Shown: one piece after another, positions 1-9,000 of the stretch
How positions within the stretch are numbered: position 1 is the stretch's first letter
How the letters are laid out: each line of letters begins with the position of its first letter
From: Candidatus Heimdallarchaeota archaeon
Lineage (GTDB): Archaea > Asgardarchaeota > Heimdallarchaeia > Heimdallarchaeales > Heimdallarchaeaceae
Length of the DNA stretch: 30,300 bases
Assembly (NCBI GenBank): GCA_030668825.1
Contig: DAOVET010000029.1
Coordinates: 1 to 30,300 of the forward strand
Direction of reading: 5' to 3'
The notes under the pieces: model-generated
Seen by the model: the letters and a program-made list of their open reading frames with translations, nothing else
Told to the model about the DNA's origin: nothing
The model's database searches: none
Position numbers and translations under genes: made by a program

Positions 1-1
1 G

Positions 2-379
2 TGGAAACAACAATTACGATTGAGAAAAAAGACCACTCAGCTGTTTGTGATAGTACCTTTTAATAAGCTAATAGCCTTGCTTCGCTACAAAGCTGAGGAA
101 AAAGGAATACAAATTGAGTTAGTTGAAGAGTCCTATACTTCTAAATGTAGTTTTCTCGATAGTGAAATCCCTCAAAAACACCCCTCTTATATGGGAAAGC
201 GAGTGAAACGTGGTTTGTTCTGTTCTGCTACAGGTGTTCTGATCAATGCTGATGTCAATGCCGCATTTAATATTTTACTGAAAGGCGATCCGCAAGCACT
301 TCCACCTAGAAGTGTGGGCGGGGTAGGAGGGTACGTGGTTTACCCGCTTAGAGTGAGCTATCAAGCAATGACTCTCTAG
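2..379 (+). CDS. tnpB: TnpB (IS200/IS605-family RNA-guided nuclease), C-terminal part, truncated by the window start
   Basis: Frame is open from nt 2 (WKQQLRLRKKTTQLFV), which aligns with WKQNVHFWKKITQMFV of the full-length TnpB at 28573-29823. Contains LRYKAEEKGI, EESYTSKCS, RGLF and RuvC-III NADVNAAFNI. Confidence 0.93.
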   Translation, partial: WKQQLRLRKKTTQLFVIVPFNKLIALLRYKAEEKGIQIELVEESYTSKCSFLDSEIPQKHPSYMGKRVKRGLFCSATGVLINADVNAAFNILLKGDPQALPPRSVGGVGGYVVYPLRVSYQAMTL

Positions 380-421
380 GAAAGATAGCGTTCATATGAG
401 AGTATGACAAAATCAAATCAT
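287..421 (+). ncRNA. Putative TnpB omegaRNA scaffold / IS right end
   Basis: Nucleotide similarity to the other TnpB copy continues past the stop codon (caatgac..ctcta..aaaga..gttca..tatgacaa.at..aa.tcat) and ends at TCAT 418-421. Hairpin GGGTA-N7-TACCC at 329-345. TnpB omegaRNAs are known to overlap the tnpB 3' end. The 5' boundary is approximate. Confidence 0.6.
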
Positions 422-464
422 ATTCGTATCTATTTGGAGAAGAAGTGAGTAGAAAAAAAAAGAA

Positions 465-1604
465 CTACTCGATTTCGATATAGGTTTCTTTTATTTTTGT
501 TTCCGCTTCGATAATTTCCTTTCTAGTATCTCTTCCTTTCTCAAGCACTTCCCAGAACCTCTCTACATAATCGGGATGAATTCCAGTTAGTACTCCTCGA
601 ATTGTTAAAATTGGTTCTTCTATAGAATTTAGAGAAACTTTTATGTCTCCTTTTTCGAATTTTTTGACTATTTTTCTTGTTTCAAATGTAGACTGATAAG
701 TTGTTGGCATTGTTATTGCTAAATAACCTAACTTAGCTCTAGTCACATCAGCTGTTAAACTTGAACTTTCATCTAATTCATTAAAGAAAAGATCAGAAAA
801 CCTTGTATTTTGAGCCTTCTCCAAAGTTTCAAATTCTTTATCAAGAGAAATAATTATGCCTAAACCTCTAGCATCTTTAGAGAATGATTTGAAGAAATCA
901 TTTAGATCCGCATAGAATTCCTCATGAGTACTTTCTTGAAGAGCTGAAAGAACAGTTGTAGTGAAGGTTTCTGCTAACAAATTATTGCTTTTTTCCAGTA
1001 CTGTTTCTATACTCTCATCTTCATAGAGTTTCAAGAGTTTTTCATTGTCAAATAATATGATTGGACAATGAGGACCAAGTGTGTCAAATCCGAGGTAATG
1101 TAGAGCTCTAGCAGAATTATATTGGACAAGTGAAGGTTCATCTTTTTCCGGTAATACGAAGATAACTGTTGGTGGTTCCCCTATTATATCAGCTAATAAC
1201 TTGCTAATAATAATGGTTCCAGCACTACCAGTACCGCCACCACTACCTATTATTAGGTGAAGAGCTAAATCGTCTGCATCTCTCCTTTCATCACGTTTGT
1301 AAAAGACAACTCTCTCCAGTTTAGATTTCATCTCCAGCTCTTTAGCTTTCAATTGTTTGTATGCTTTCTCAAAATCATAATCTGAGGAAGCAAATTCTTT
1401 TTCTCCAAACCAGAAGTTATCTGAGAAGTTACTGATTTTTGGTTCAAAATTATCAGCTAGATTCACTGCTAATGATTTTATGGCGATTTTACTTTCACGT
1501 AATTCTTGAATAAGTTTTTCACCTATTTTGCAACCTGCGTTACCAACACCTATAACTGATATAGATATCTTCTTTCGGAAGATTTTTCTTTTAAGCCAAG
1601 ACAT
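465..1604 (-). CDS. Tubulin/FtsZ superfamily GTPase, divergent CetZ-like, with N-terminal amphipathic helix
   Basis: T1 loop VIGVGNAGCKI; signature GSGGGTGSAG (nt 1218-1247); VLPEKDE...YNSARAL; T6 FDNEKL; T7-like FYADLNDF. GGAGGAGG Shine-Dalgarno lies within the end of the upstream gene. Confidence 0.88.
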   Translation of the reverse strand: MSWLKRKIFRKKISISVIGVGNAGCKIGEKLIQELRESKIAIKSLAVNLADNFEPKISNFSDNFWFGEKEFASSDYDFEKAYKQLKAKELEMKSKLERVVFYKRDERRDADDLALHLIIGSGGGTGSAGTIIISKLLADIIGEPPTVIFVLPEKDEPSLVQYNSARALHYLGFDTLGPHCPIILFDNEKLLKLYEDESIETVLEKSNNLLAETFTTTVLSALQESTHEEFYADLNDFFKSFSKDARGLGIIISLDKEFETLEKAQNTRFSDLFFNELDESSSLTADVTRAKLGYLAITMPTTYQSTFETRKIVKKFEKGDIKVSLNSIEEPILTIRGVLTGIHPDYVERFWEVLEKGRDTRKEIIEAETKIKETYIEIE

Positions 1605-2978
1605 TTAGAAACCTCCTCCTACTGACCTGATAATTTTGAGTATGTTTATCACCCATATAGCAATAATCATGATTGTTTTGAATATTTTCTGCGTTGATAT
1701 TGGAAATATCCTCATTGAAGCTACATATTCTCTTAGTTGTAACATTGTAACATTCTCTCTCTTTGCTTCTTCTGAATATTTTTCTCCGAATTCTACTACA
1801 TTTGCGAAAATATAATTGTCTAATTCCATGAGTGCTTTAATTTTGAATTTTTTAGCTTTGATACTGAAAGCCCATAATGGAAGAATAACATAAAAAACCA
1901 TCAATACTGCTATTAAAGCTGAGATAGTTACAACTAGAATTGTTGCGGGTTGTCCAGCTTTCAGAAACATAAAATTTACGTTATGTGTAGGCATTCCAGG
2001 AGGGGGAAATGAGTACATCAGCTGATTTATGTTACCCATAAACATCGCAATGATGATGATTAGAGTGGAAAGTATACCAGCTGTCGGTATGTTTTCTAGT
2101 TGGCTAATTGATCTTCCTCTTGACCACTTATCGCCTAAAGACCAAATTATGTCATAGTTTTCTCTCATTAGAAGAGTTCCATATTCTTTTCTGTAAACAT
2201 CCATTTTTTGTTTGATTGGTTTAAGAATTTTGGAATAAATTCGTGTATTAAAGAACATGTAGTAAACTGCTATAAAGAAGATATAATAGAGGAAGGGACT
2301 GAATATGCAAGTAATAATACCAAAAATAGCTGCAACAGGATGCCCATCAAAAGCTATTTGTAGCATTGGAATTTGAATACCTATACCTGTTGCTAGAGCT
2401 GCAAGAATAATGAGTGGGTTCTTTGGTAATTTTCTGTCGTAATATTTGTCATAGTACTCTCTGACAGGTTTTTCTAGCCATTCCACTCTCTTAGCTAGCG
2501 TTAAACTCAGAAAACCATCATGTGTATATTTAAGATAAAACAGTGATAGCAAAATAGCTATTAGAATTGGTGTTCCAACATTGAATATTATATCAATTAT
2601 TAATCTCCACCCCGCTGTCTGAAATGGCAACAAAACAAACAATAGTGTTGGAACAAACATTAATACAATGTAACTCCAAAGCTTAAGGAATTCTTTCCAT
2701 TTCAAAGATAAAATTGTATTTAATTTCAGTTTAAACAAGGCAATAGGTACAAGATAGAATCTTTTGAAAGGATTCATTAGTGCTTCAAGATAGATTGGAT
2801 TTTCAACTATTGCAGCTGTTCTTGGATATTTTTTGTAATGTTCATATAACATATTTTCAAAATCAAACGCTGGAACTTCGATATCATCAGGAACAACAGT
2901 TTTTGCTTTAAATGAAGTAGGTTTTTGAGGATTTGATTCCATAACAATTTCATAGAGTCTGTGTTTGCTTTTAATCAT
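1605..2978 (-). CDS. Polytopic membrane protein of unknown function (about 6-8 TM segments)
   Basis: 457-aa ORF with several long hydrophobic stretches. Its stop directly abuts the start of the tubulin-like gene (1605/1604). Alternative start ATG at 2942. Confidence 0.8.
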   Translation of the reverse strand: MIKSKHRLYEIVMESNPQKPTSFKAKTVVPDDIEVPAFDFENMLYEHYKKYPRTAAIVENPIYLEALMNPFKRFYLVPIALFKLKLNTILSLKWKEFLKLWSYIVLMFVPTLLFVLLPFQTAGWRLIIDIIFNVGTPILIAILLSLFYLKYTHDGFLSLTLAKRVEWLEKPVREYYDKYYDRKLPKNPLIILAALATGIGIQIPMLQIAFDGHPVAAIFGIITCIFSPFLYYIFFIAVYYMFFNTRIYSKILKPIKQKMDVYRKEYGTLLMRENYDIIWSLGDKWSRGRSISQLENIPTAGILSTLIIIIAMFMGNINQLMYSFPPPGMPTHNVNFMFLKAGQPATILVVTISALIAVLMVFYVILPLWAFSIKAKKFKIKALMELDNYIFANVVEFGEKYSEEAKRENVTMLQLREYVASMRIFPISTQKIFKTIMIIAIWVINILKIIRSVGGGF

Positions 2979-3032
2979 TTCGAAAGTGTTAGGGAATTAG
3001 TAAGAATTTTAATCTAGTACTTTTATGTTTTC

Positions 3033-4457
3033 TTGATAATATTGAGATTAACAAAAATAGTTTGCACAATAGGTCCTTCATCCAGTTCTGAGAATATTCT
3101 GAAAAAAATGATTGACAGTGGAATGGATTTAGCTCGATTGAATTTTTCCCACGGAAATCATCAAAGTCATGAAAAAACCTTCAATAATCTCAGAAATCTA
3201 TGCAATGATCTTGCAATTGGCATTGACATTAGTGGTCCAAAAATTAGATTAGGGAAGTTAGAGGAGATAAGAATTCTCAAAAGAGATGAAATTGTTAAAC
3301 TTACTACTAGGGACATAATTGGAAAAAATAATCTTATTCCAATCAATTATCCCATATTAACTAAGGAACTAAAAGTTAATACTTCTCTTTTCATAAATGA
3401 TGGTTTAGTTAGGTTGAACGCTGAATCAATTACAGATTATGAAATAGTTTGTAAGGTGATAGATGGGGGTGAAATTTCATCTAGAAAAGGTGTAAATATT
3501 CCAGATGCAGACTTATCTATAAGAGTACCAACTAAGAAAGATATAGTAGATATCGAAAAAGCTTGTGATTGGGAAACTGATTTTCTATTTATTTCATTTG
3601 TACGAAGCGTTGATGATCTTAAAAGAGTAAAAGAAATTGTTGAATCAAAAACTAGTAAAGACATTCAACTTATCGCAAAAATTGAACACCAAGATCCTTT
3701 AGATTCAATAAAAGAAATCGCTTCTTTTAGTAATGGTTTGATGGTTGCACGAGGAGATTTAGCTATTGAAGTAGGCCCTGCTAGGGTTCCTGTCTTGCAA
3801 AAACAATTAATCCAACTAGGTTTGGTTTTAGCTAAACCAGTTATTGTTGCAACACAGATGTTAGAATCCATGACTAAAGAACCCCTTCCTACAAGAGCTG
3901 AAGCAAGTGATGTTGCTCATGCAGTTTTTGAAGGAGCTGATGCTTTAATGTTATCAGCTGAAACAGCAACAGGAAGACATCCTCTCCTAGTTATGAAGTT
4001 AATGAAGGATATTATTTTAGAAGCTGAGAAAAACCTAGCTTTAGATCGTCCTTTAGTAGTTGATACTGAGGTTAATATTGGCAATGAAATAGGTATTTCC
4101 GCAGTTAGGTTGGCTAAGAGAATGTCAGTAAAAGCAATTATTGCTCTTACTCAGACTGGGTATACAGCAAGTATGGTTTCTAGAAATAGAGAAAATTTAC
4201 CTATTTATGCCGTTTCTCATAATCAATTTACTAAACGTGTAACAAGGTTATTTTGGGGTGTTCAACCTATTTTTCATAAGTATGAAGATAATTACGATGA
4301 GCTAGTATTCAATGTTATTAAGAAGCTTCATGAAGAAAAGTACATTGATGCAAAAGACAATGTTGTATTAGTAGCTGGATCAATGGTAGGAATCTCAGGA
4401 AAAACCCATACAATTCAGTTGTTAAATGTTGAAGAAACATTATCAACTGAGAAATAA
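3033..4457 (+). CDS. pyk: Pyruvate kinase
   Basis: TKIVCTIGP, RLNFSHG, GPKIR, KGVN, IAKIE, MVARGDL, ATQMLESM, PTRAE, DALMLSAETA. True start may be the TTG at 3042. Confidence 0.97.
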   Translation: MIILRLTKIVCTIGPSSSSENILKKMIDSGMDLARLNFSHGNHQSHEKTFNNLRNLCNDLAIGIDISGPKIRLGKLEEIRILKRDEIVKLTTRDIIGKNNLIPINYPILTKELKVNTSLFINDGLVRLNAESITDYEIVCKVIDGGEISSRKGVNIPDADLSIRVPTKKDIVDIEKACDWETDFLFISFVRSVDDLKRVKEIVESKTSKDIQLIAKIEHQDPLDSIKEIASFSNGLMVARGDLAIEVGPARVPVLQKQLIQLGLVLAKPVIVATQMLESMTKEPLPTRAEASDVAHAVFEGADALMLSAETATGRHPLLVMKLMKDIILEAEKNLALDRPLVVDTEVNIGNEIGISAVRLAKRMSVKAIIALTQTGYTASMVSRNRENLPIYAVSHNQFTKRVTRLFWGVQPIFHKYEDNYDELVFNVIKKLHEEKYIDAKDNVVLVAGSMVGISGKTHTIQLLNVEETLSTEK

Positions 4458-4524
4458 TCTCTTTTTCATGTAGCTAGCTGAAAAGTCTTAAAAATCCTTG
4501 CAACTAAATGCAATTGAAACAAAA

Positions 4525-5775
4525 ATGTCATGGATTCGTTCTATTTTTAGCAAAGGTAAGAAAAAATCAGCTGATGAATATCCTATCTTATTCAATGGCT
4601 TATACAGATTTAACCATTCGAACATTATAACTGATAAAGATCTGAATGGATGTGAAATTTCTGATACTCTATTTATTGAAGGAGATATAAAAGAATCACC
4701 AATTGGATTAGTTTTTGGTGAAAATTATGGGTTAAACATTCTTAAGAGTATGAAGAAAAGATTCAATGGTCAACTTCCCTCTTCACTTGTAATTACAACT
4801 CCATCTGGAGATTCAGATATCTATAGTAAACTTCCTTCAATTGAACTACCTTCTCTTTCCGAAGAAGAAATGACTTTTTTTCAAGGTAAGAAGTGGTATA
4901 CAGCAAATGAAGAAAGAATTAATTCTTATGTTGATAAATTGATCAGTAACAAATCATTAGTCTTTCTTTTCCCAGAAAATAATGCATTTGTTTTGGCTCT
5001 TTTTGAAGAAATAGCTCTGTATATCCTTTCTTCAAATAAACAGCCCGTTATGTTTGTACACTTGCCTGTTGCTAAAAAAAATATCATAAAAGAATTTTCA
5101 ATTATGACATTTATCTATGGTCTCTTAAGAAAATCTCAGAAGAATCATCTTCCCTATGTTCTAGTTGATGAAGAGAAACTCATCAAGAATAACCAAAACA
5201 AAGATTCAGAAGAAATTCTAGCTACTTTTGTCCAACGAGAAGCAAATCTAATAACAGATTTTATTATTGGTCTTCAACAGCCTTCAGAATTTTACCAAGT
5301 TGATCAAAGTAATTTCCTGAGAATTTTCAAAGATGCCAGAGGGATTTGCCGACTCATTAGTTTTGATGTATATGACAATAATCCTGAATTATCCCAACTT
5401 CTAGCAAAAATTGATGAAGGTGATAGTTTTTCATTAAAAACTAGAGCTACTAGAGGATTTTTCCTAATTCAACCTGGTCCTATTGGATTAACAACCGCAA
5501 GTTACAGAAGGATTAGAGAGAGATTCAGTAACTCAGATGTAATCTTCTCATTTCTACAAAAACGAGAAAATGGAGCAATTCTAAGAGGTATTTTAACTTA
5601 CAATATTTTACCCAGAGAAGTACTAAAACGTCTTGAAAATCTAGGAAAATTATTGATTAGCTTATATGACGAACTAGGTGATAGAATTATGTTTGAAGAT
5701 TCCACATTTTTAGGTGCAGTTTTCGATGCATCTAAATGGGCGATTTCTTTACCTGTTGTTGAGAAACTGAAGTGA
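4525..5775 (+). CDS. Degenerate tubulin/FtsZ-fold protein, paralog of 465-1604, lacking the GTP-binding signature
   Basis: Collinear similarity to 465-1604: HLPYVLVDEEKLIK vs HCPIILFDNEKLLK; EFYQVDQSNFLRIFKDARG vs EEFYADLNDFFKSFSKDARG; RATRGFFLI vs RAKLGYLAI; ILRGILT vs TIRGVLT; N-terminus MSWIRSIFSKGKKK vs MSWLKRKIFRKK. ATG 4525 is preferred over TTG 4498 because of the N-terminal match. Confidence 0.72.
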   Translation: MSWIRSIFSKGKKKSADEYPILFNGLYRFNHSNIITDKDLNGCEISDTLFIEGDIKESPIGLVFGENYGLNILKSMKKRFNGQLPSSLVITTPSGDSDIYSKLPSIELPSLSEEEMTFFQGKKWYTANEERINSYVDKLISNKSLVFLFPENNAFVLALFEEIALYILSSNKQPVMFVHLPVAKKNIIKEFSIMTFIYGLLRKSQKNHLPYVLVDEEKLIKNNQNKDSEEILATFVQREANLITDFIIGLQQPSEFYQVDQSNFLRIFKDARGICRLISFDVYDNNPELSQLLAKIDEGDSFSLKTRATRGFFLIQPGPIGLTTASYRRIRERFSNSDVIFSFLQKRENGAILRGILTYNILPREVLKRLENLGKLLISLYDELGDRIMFEDSTFLGAVFDASKWAISLPVVEKLK

Positions 5776-6009
5776 TTTTTCCAGTTCTTTTTTGGATTCT
5801 ATCAGTTCCAGGATTGAATTTATGCTGTTTAGAGCGATTTGTAGATACTTCTTATTACCAAACTTAGCCAAGTTTCTTCCAATGCGTAAAATATATAATA
5901 GCTCTATCTTAAATCAACTTAAATTAGTCTCATAAAGTTCATGCTGTTGTCATTAACTTTAAATATCTCTCGTGAGACGAAACAATGTATTGGAAAAAGA
6001 GGATTCACA

Positions 6010-9000
6010 ATGGACAAAAGACTTCGAACATTAATAGGCGCTTTTATTCTGACAGTTACCTTTAGTTCTGCTGTTGTGATTGGAGTAATTCTGCCGATTA
6101 ATTCTATAAATATAATGAACGATATTAATGCTGGCTTAACAGAATTTGGGCAGTTAACTGAAGATGATATAATACCTAATGATGGTACTGGTACATATTC
6201 TGACTGGATGCATACAGCTAGAAGTACCAATGAGTCAAGATTTTTTGATCAAGCATTTATCGAATTCTTTAATGTAAGTGATCGTGAAGGTTACTTGGAT
6301 TATAATACTCCAATTTCTTATTTCTATGTGCAAGGAGAACTAGTATTTGATATAATTATCAATAAAACGGTGTTTGAGTACAATAAGGAAGAGGATTATA
6401 TTGTATTTACTAGTAGAAGACAGTATATCTATAATTCTACAGCGTCCACATTATTTGGTAATGAGACAGTTTTGAATTTCAATTACATGTGGCCTTATTA
6501 TATTGAAAAGTTTGGAAATGGAACAGAATATGGTTTTCAAGCTTACATAGCCTCTTATCTCCTAGGATCTGAAATTGATCTTCTCAACTCAACATACACT
6601 TATAGTGAAATTGCATATGCAGTTTTGAACAGAGCTTATGCTGAGAGTGAAGGTTTAGTAGATACAGGAACATATCTACCTCACAATTGGATAAGTGTTC
6701 GTCCAGCTTTCCAAGATTTAGATATCGATCAAGCAACAAGCTATAAAATACTCTATAATGCAACTTATGGAGGTAATGATTATTCAGTATTAAGTGGAGA
6801 CAAAGGTTCTGCGAAATTCTTCTTGGATTTAGTAAGAGGATTAGATTATACTGAACCTGATGACCTAACCGTAGATGTTGTACAACTATTAGCTGACATT
6901 TACGACATTGATACTCCAACAGAAATTGAATCAGCAAAATCTTTTGCAGCATATTTGGGTTATCTTCTAGGAAAACCATCACTTGATTGGTTATACGATA
7001 ACAAAATATCATATGTCTGTACTAGAACTGCAATGGAATGGGTTGTTGGTGTCGAGGACCCATTGCTAAACGGTATGAAATTTCCATTACTTATGAATGA
7101 AACACTATCTTCATCGAGTGTAGATTGGGACAAAGACACTTATTATGCAGAAAGATTAGGTCTGAATAACATTGAAGAGATGGGTTCTATAATTGGAATA
7201 GCTAACATACCCTATTTTCAATACTCTAGATCAATGGATGTAGTTATGGAAGATAATCTTGCTTATGTTCTAGAAGGTGGAACAGATATCAAAATAGTAA
7301 ATACTACTGATTCACTCTTCAGAGCAATCGGTCAATATGGAGATTATGATGGCCAAATCTATGATTATACTGTAATTGATGGATATATCTATGCAGTAGA
7401 GGGAACTGCAGGTTTAGAAATTCTTAATGCAACAAATCCATACTCAATTGATCAAATTACTCAATGGAATTTTGGAAATAATGATATGAGAGATGTTACT
7501 AACGTATTTTATCCTATTGGTATTGCACCTTTCGATGCCTTAGTCATAGCTAACGGTAATTATGGAGTAAGAGTTGCCTCTCTTAGTGGTGATACTAAAT
7601 CTGTTAGTTCCGTTTATACATTCCTAAATACTTCTGGAGAAGCTATTGCCATAGATGCAAGAGTAGACATTGTAAATTCTGATGCTTTTGTTGCTCTAGG
7701 AACTGATGGTATTGATGTGTTAGATATAGGCCAAATTCTTACAAAGGATATTGAACTAGTATGGCATTATGATTCTGCTAACTACTCAAATCTAAAAGAT
7801 GTAAGAGATGTTAAAGTTGAAGGATTATATCTTTATGTTTTAGATGCAATCGAAGGATTACTAATCTTCCGAATAGAATCAAATAAAACCTTAACAGAAT
7901 ACAGTCAAATTGCTGCTTATCCTGGAGATGAGCCTTTCAATGACATATATATCGATGGAAACCAAGCCTACTTAACTCAAGGTAGTGATGGTTTTATGGT
8001 TGTTGATATCTCAGATAAACACAATCCTTCAGAAAATTACAGATTCAATGGAACTGATCATCTTGGAACAGCTTTTGGTATCTACGCTCATGGTAATGAT
8101 ATTTATTTAGGAGATTACGAACAAGGTCTAGTTCATTTAGAGTTTAGCTATCTTACTAGTCAATTTGATTTTGTTGAGAAGGATGAACTTCATACATTTG
8201 TTGAATGCTGGCAAAGAGATAGTAAAGTTCAATTTGGTTTATGGGATTTGGGTCCAGCTGCAGTAGATGCCGGAGTAGAGCCTTTTAGTTATACTTATGA
8301 CTCATTTGCTGTTCAACCAGATATAGAAAAAGGATTGAGACAACAATGGAATGAATTCTTCCTAAGGCCATTTGCTTATTCAGCTCTGGTAGATTCAGCC
8401 TTGTTCTATGAAGAAACTGTACACGTTTACAATGCACAATCAGGGTCGCCTTATCGTCAAATGGATAAGTATGATTTATATTGGATGCATGATGCAAACT
8501 TCTTAAATGCAAGCTTTATTCAGGTTGGAAAATGGAATAGTTTGTATAATATGAATTTAAAACCAAGAGATATGTTCTTAACATTCTCGTTACCAGGACA
8601 AGTAGGGAGAGATCCATTCCACATGCAATCAATGATGGTCGAGCCAGTAACAGGTAGTGTTGTTGAAAGAACAGATAGAATACAATATAATACATTTGCA
8701 ACCACTTTTCTCGAAGCTTTTAGTCTCCTTAATAGATCCAAATACACTGATTCTGTTCAAAACCTTCCTGTAATTCATCGATATCCAACTTGGCATCAAA
8801 CATTCACTGCATTACCAGGAAGTATGGCAACAATCTTTTGGCAAGAAAATATTCATTTTGCAACAAAGATATTTTATGACGCAATTAAAGAACAATTCTT
8901 AGACAGAATAAAAGGGGCAGATGCCTCTCGTACAATTGGTGCTTTTGGTTCTATGTTTATAGTTACTACAGGTTTCATCATTACTTCCGTAGTCCTTCAC

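Noticed and set aside
465-1604. Naming this gene ftsZ, cetZ or tubulin
   Set aside because: Superfamily membership is clear, but T3/T7 loops are atypical and the subfamily cannot be fixed without a phylogeny.
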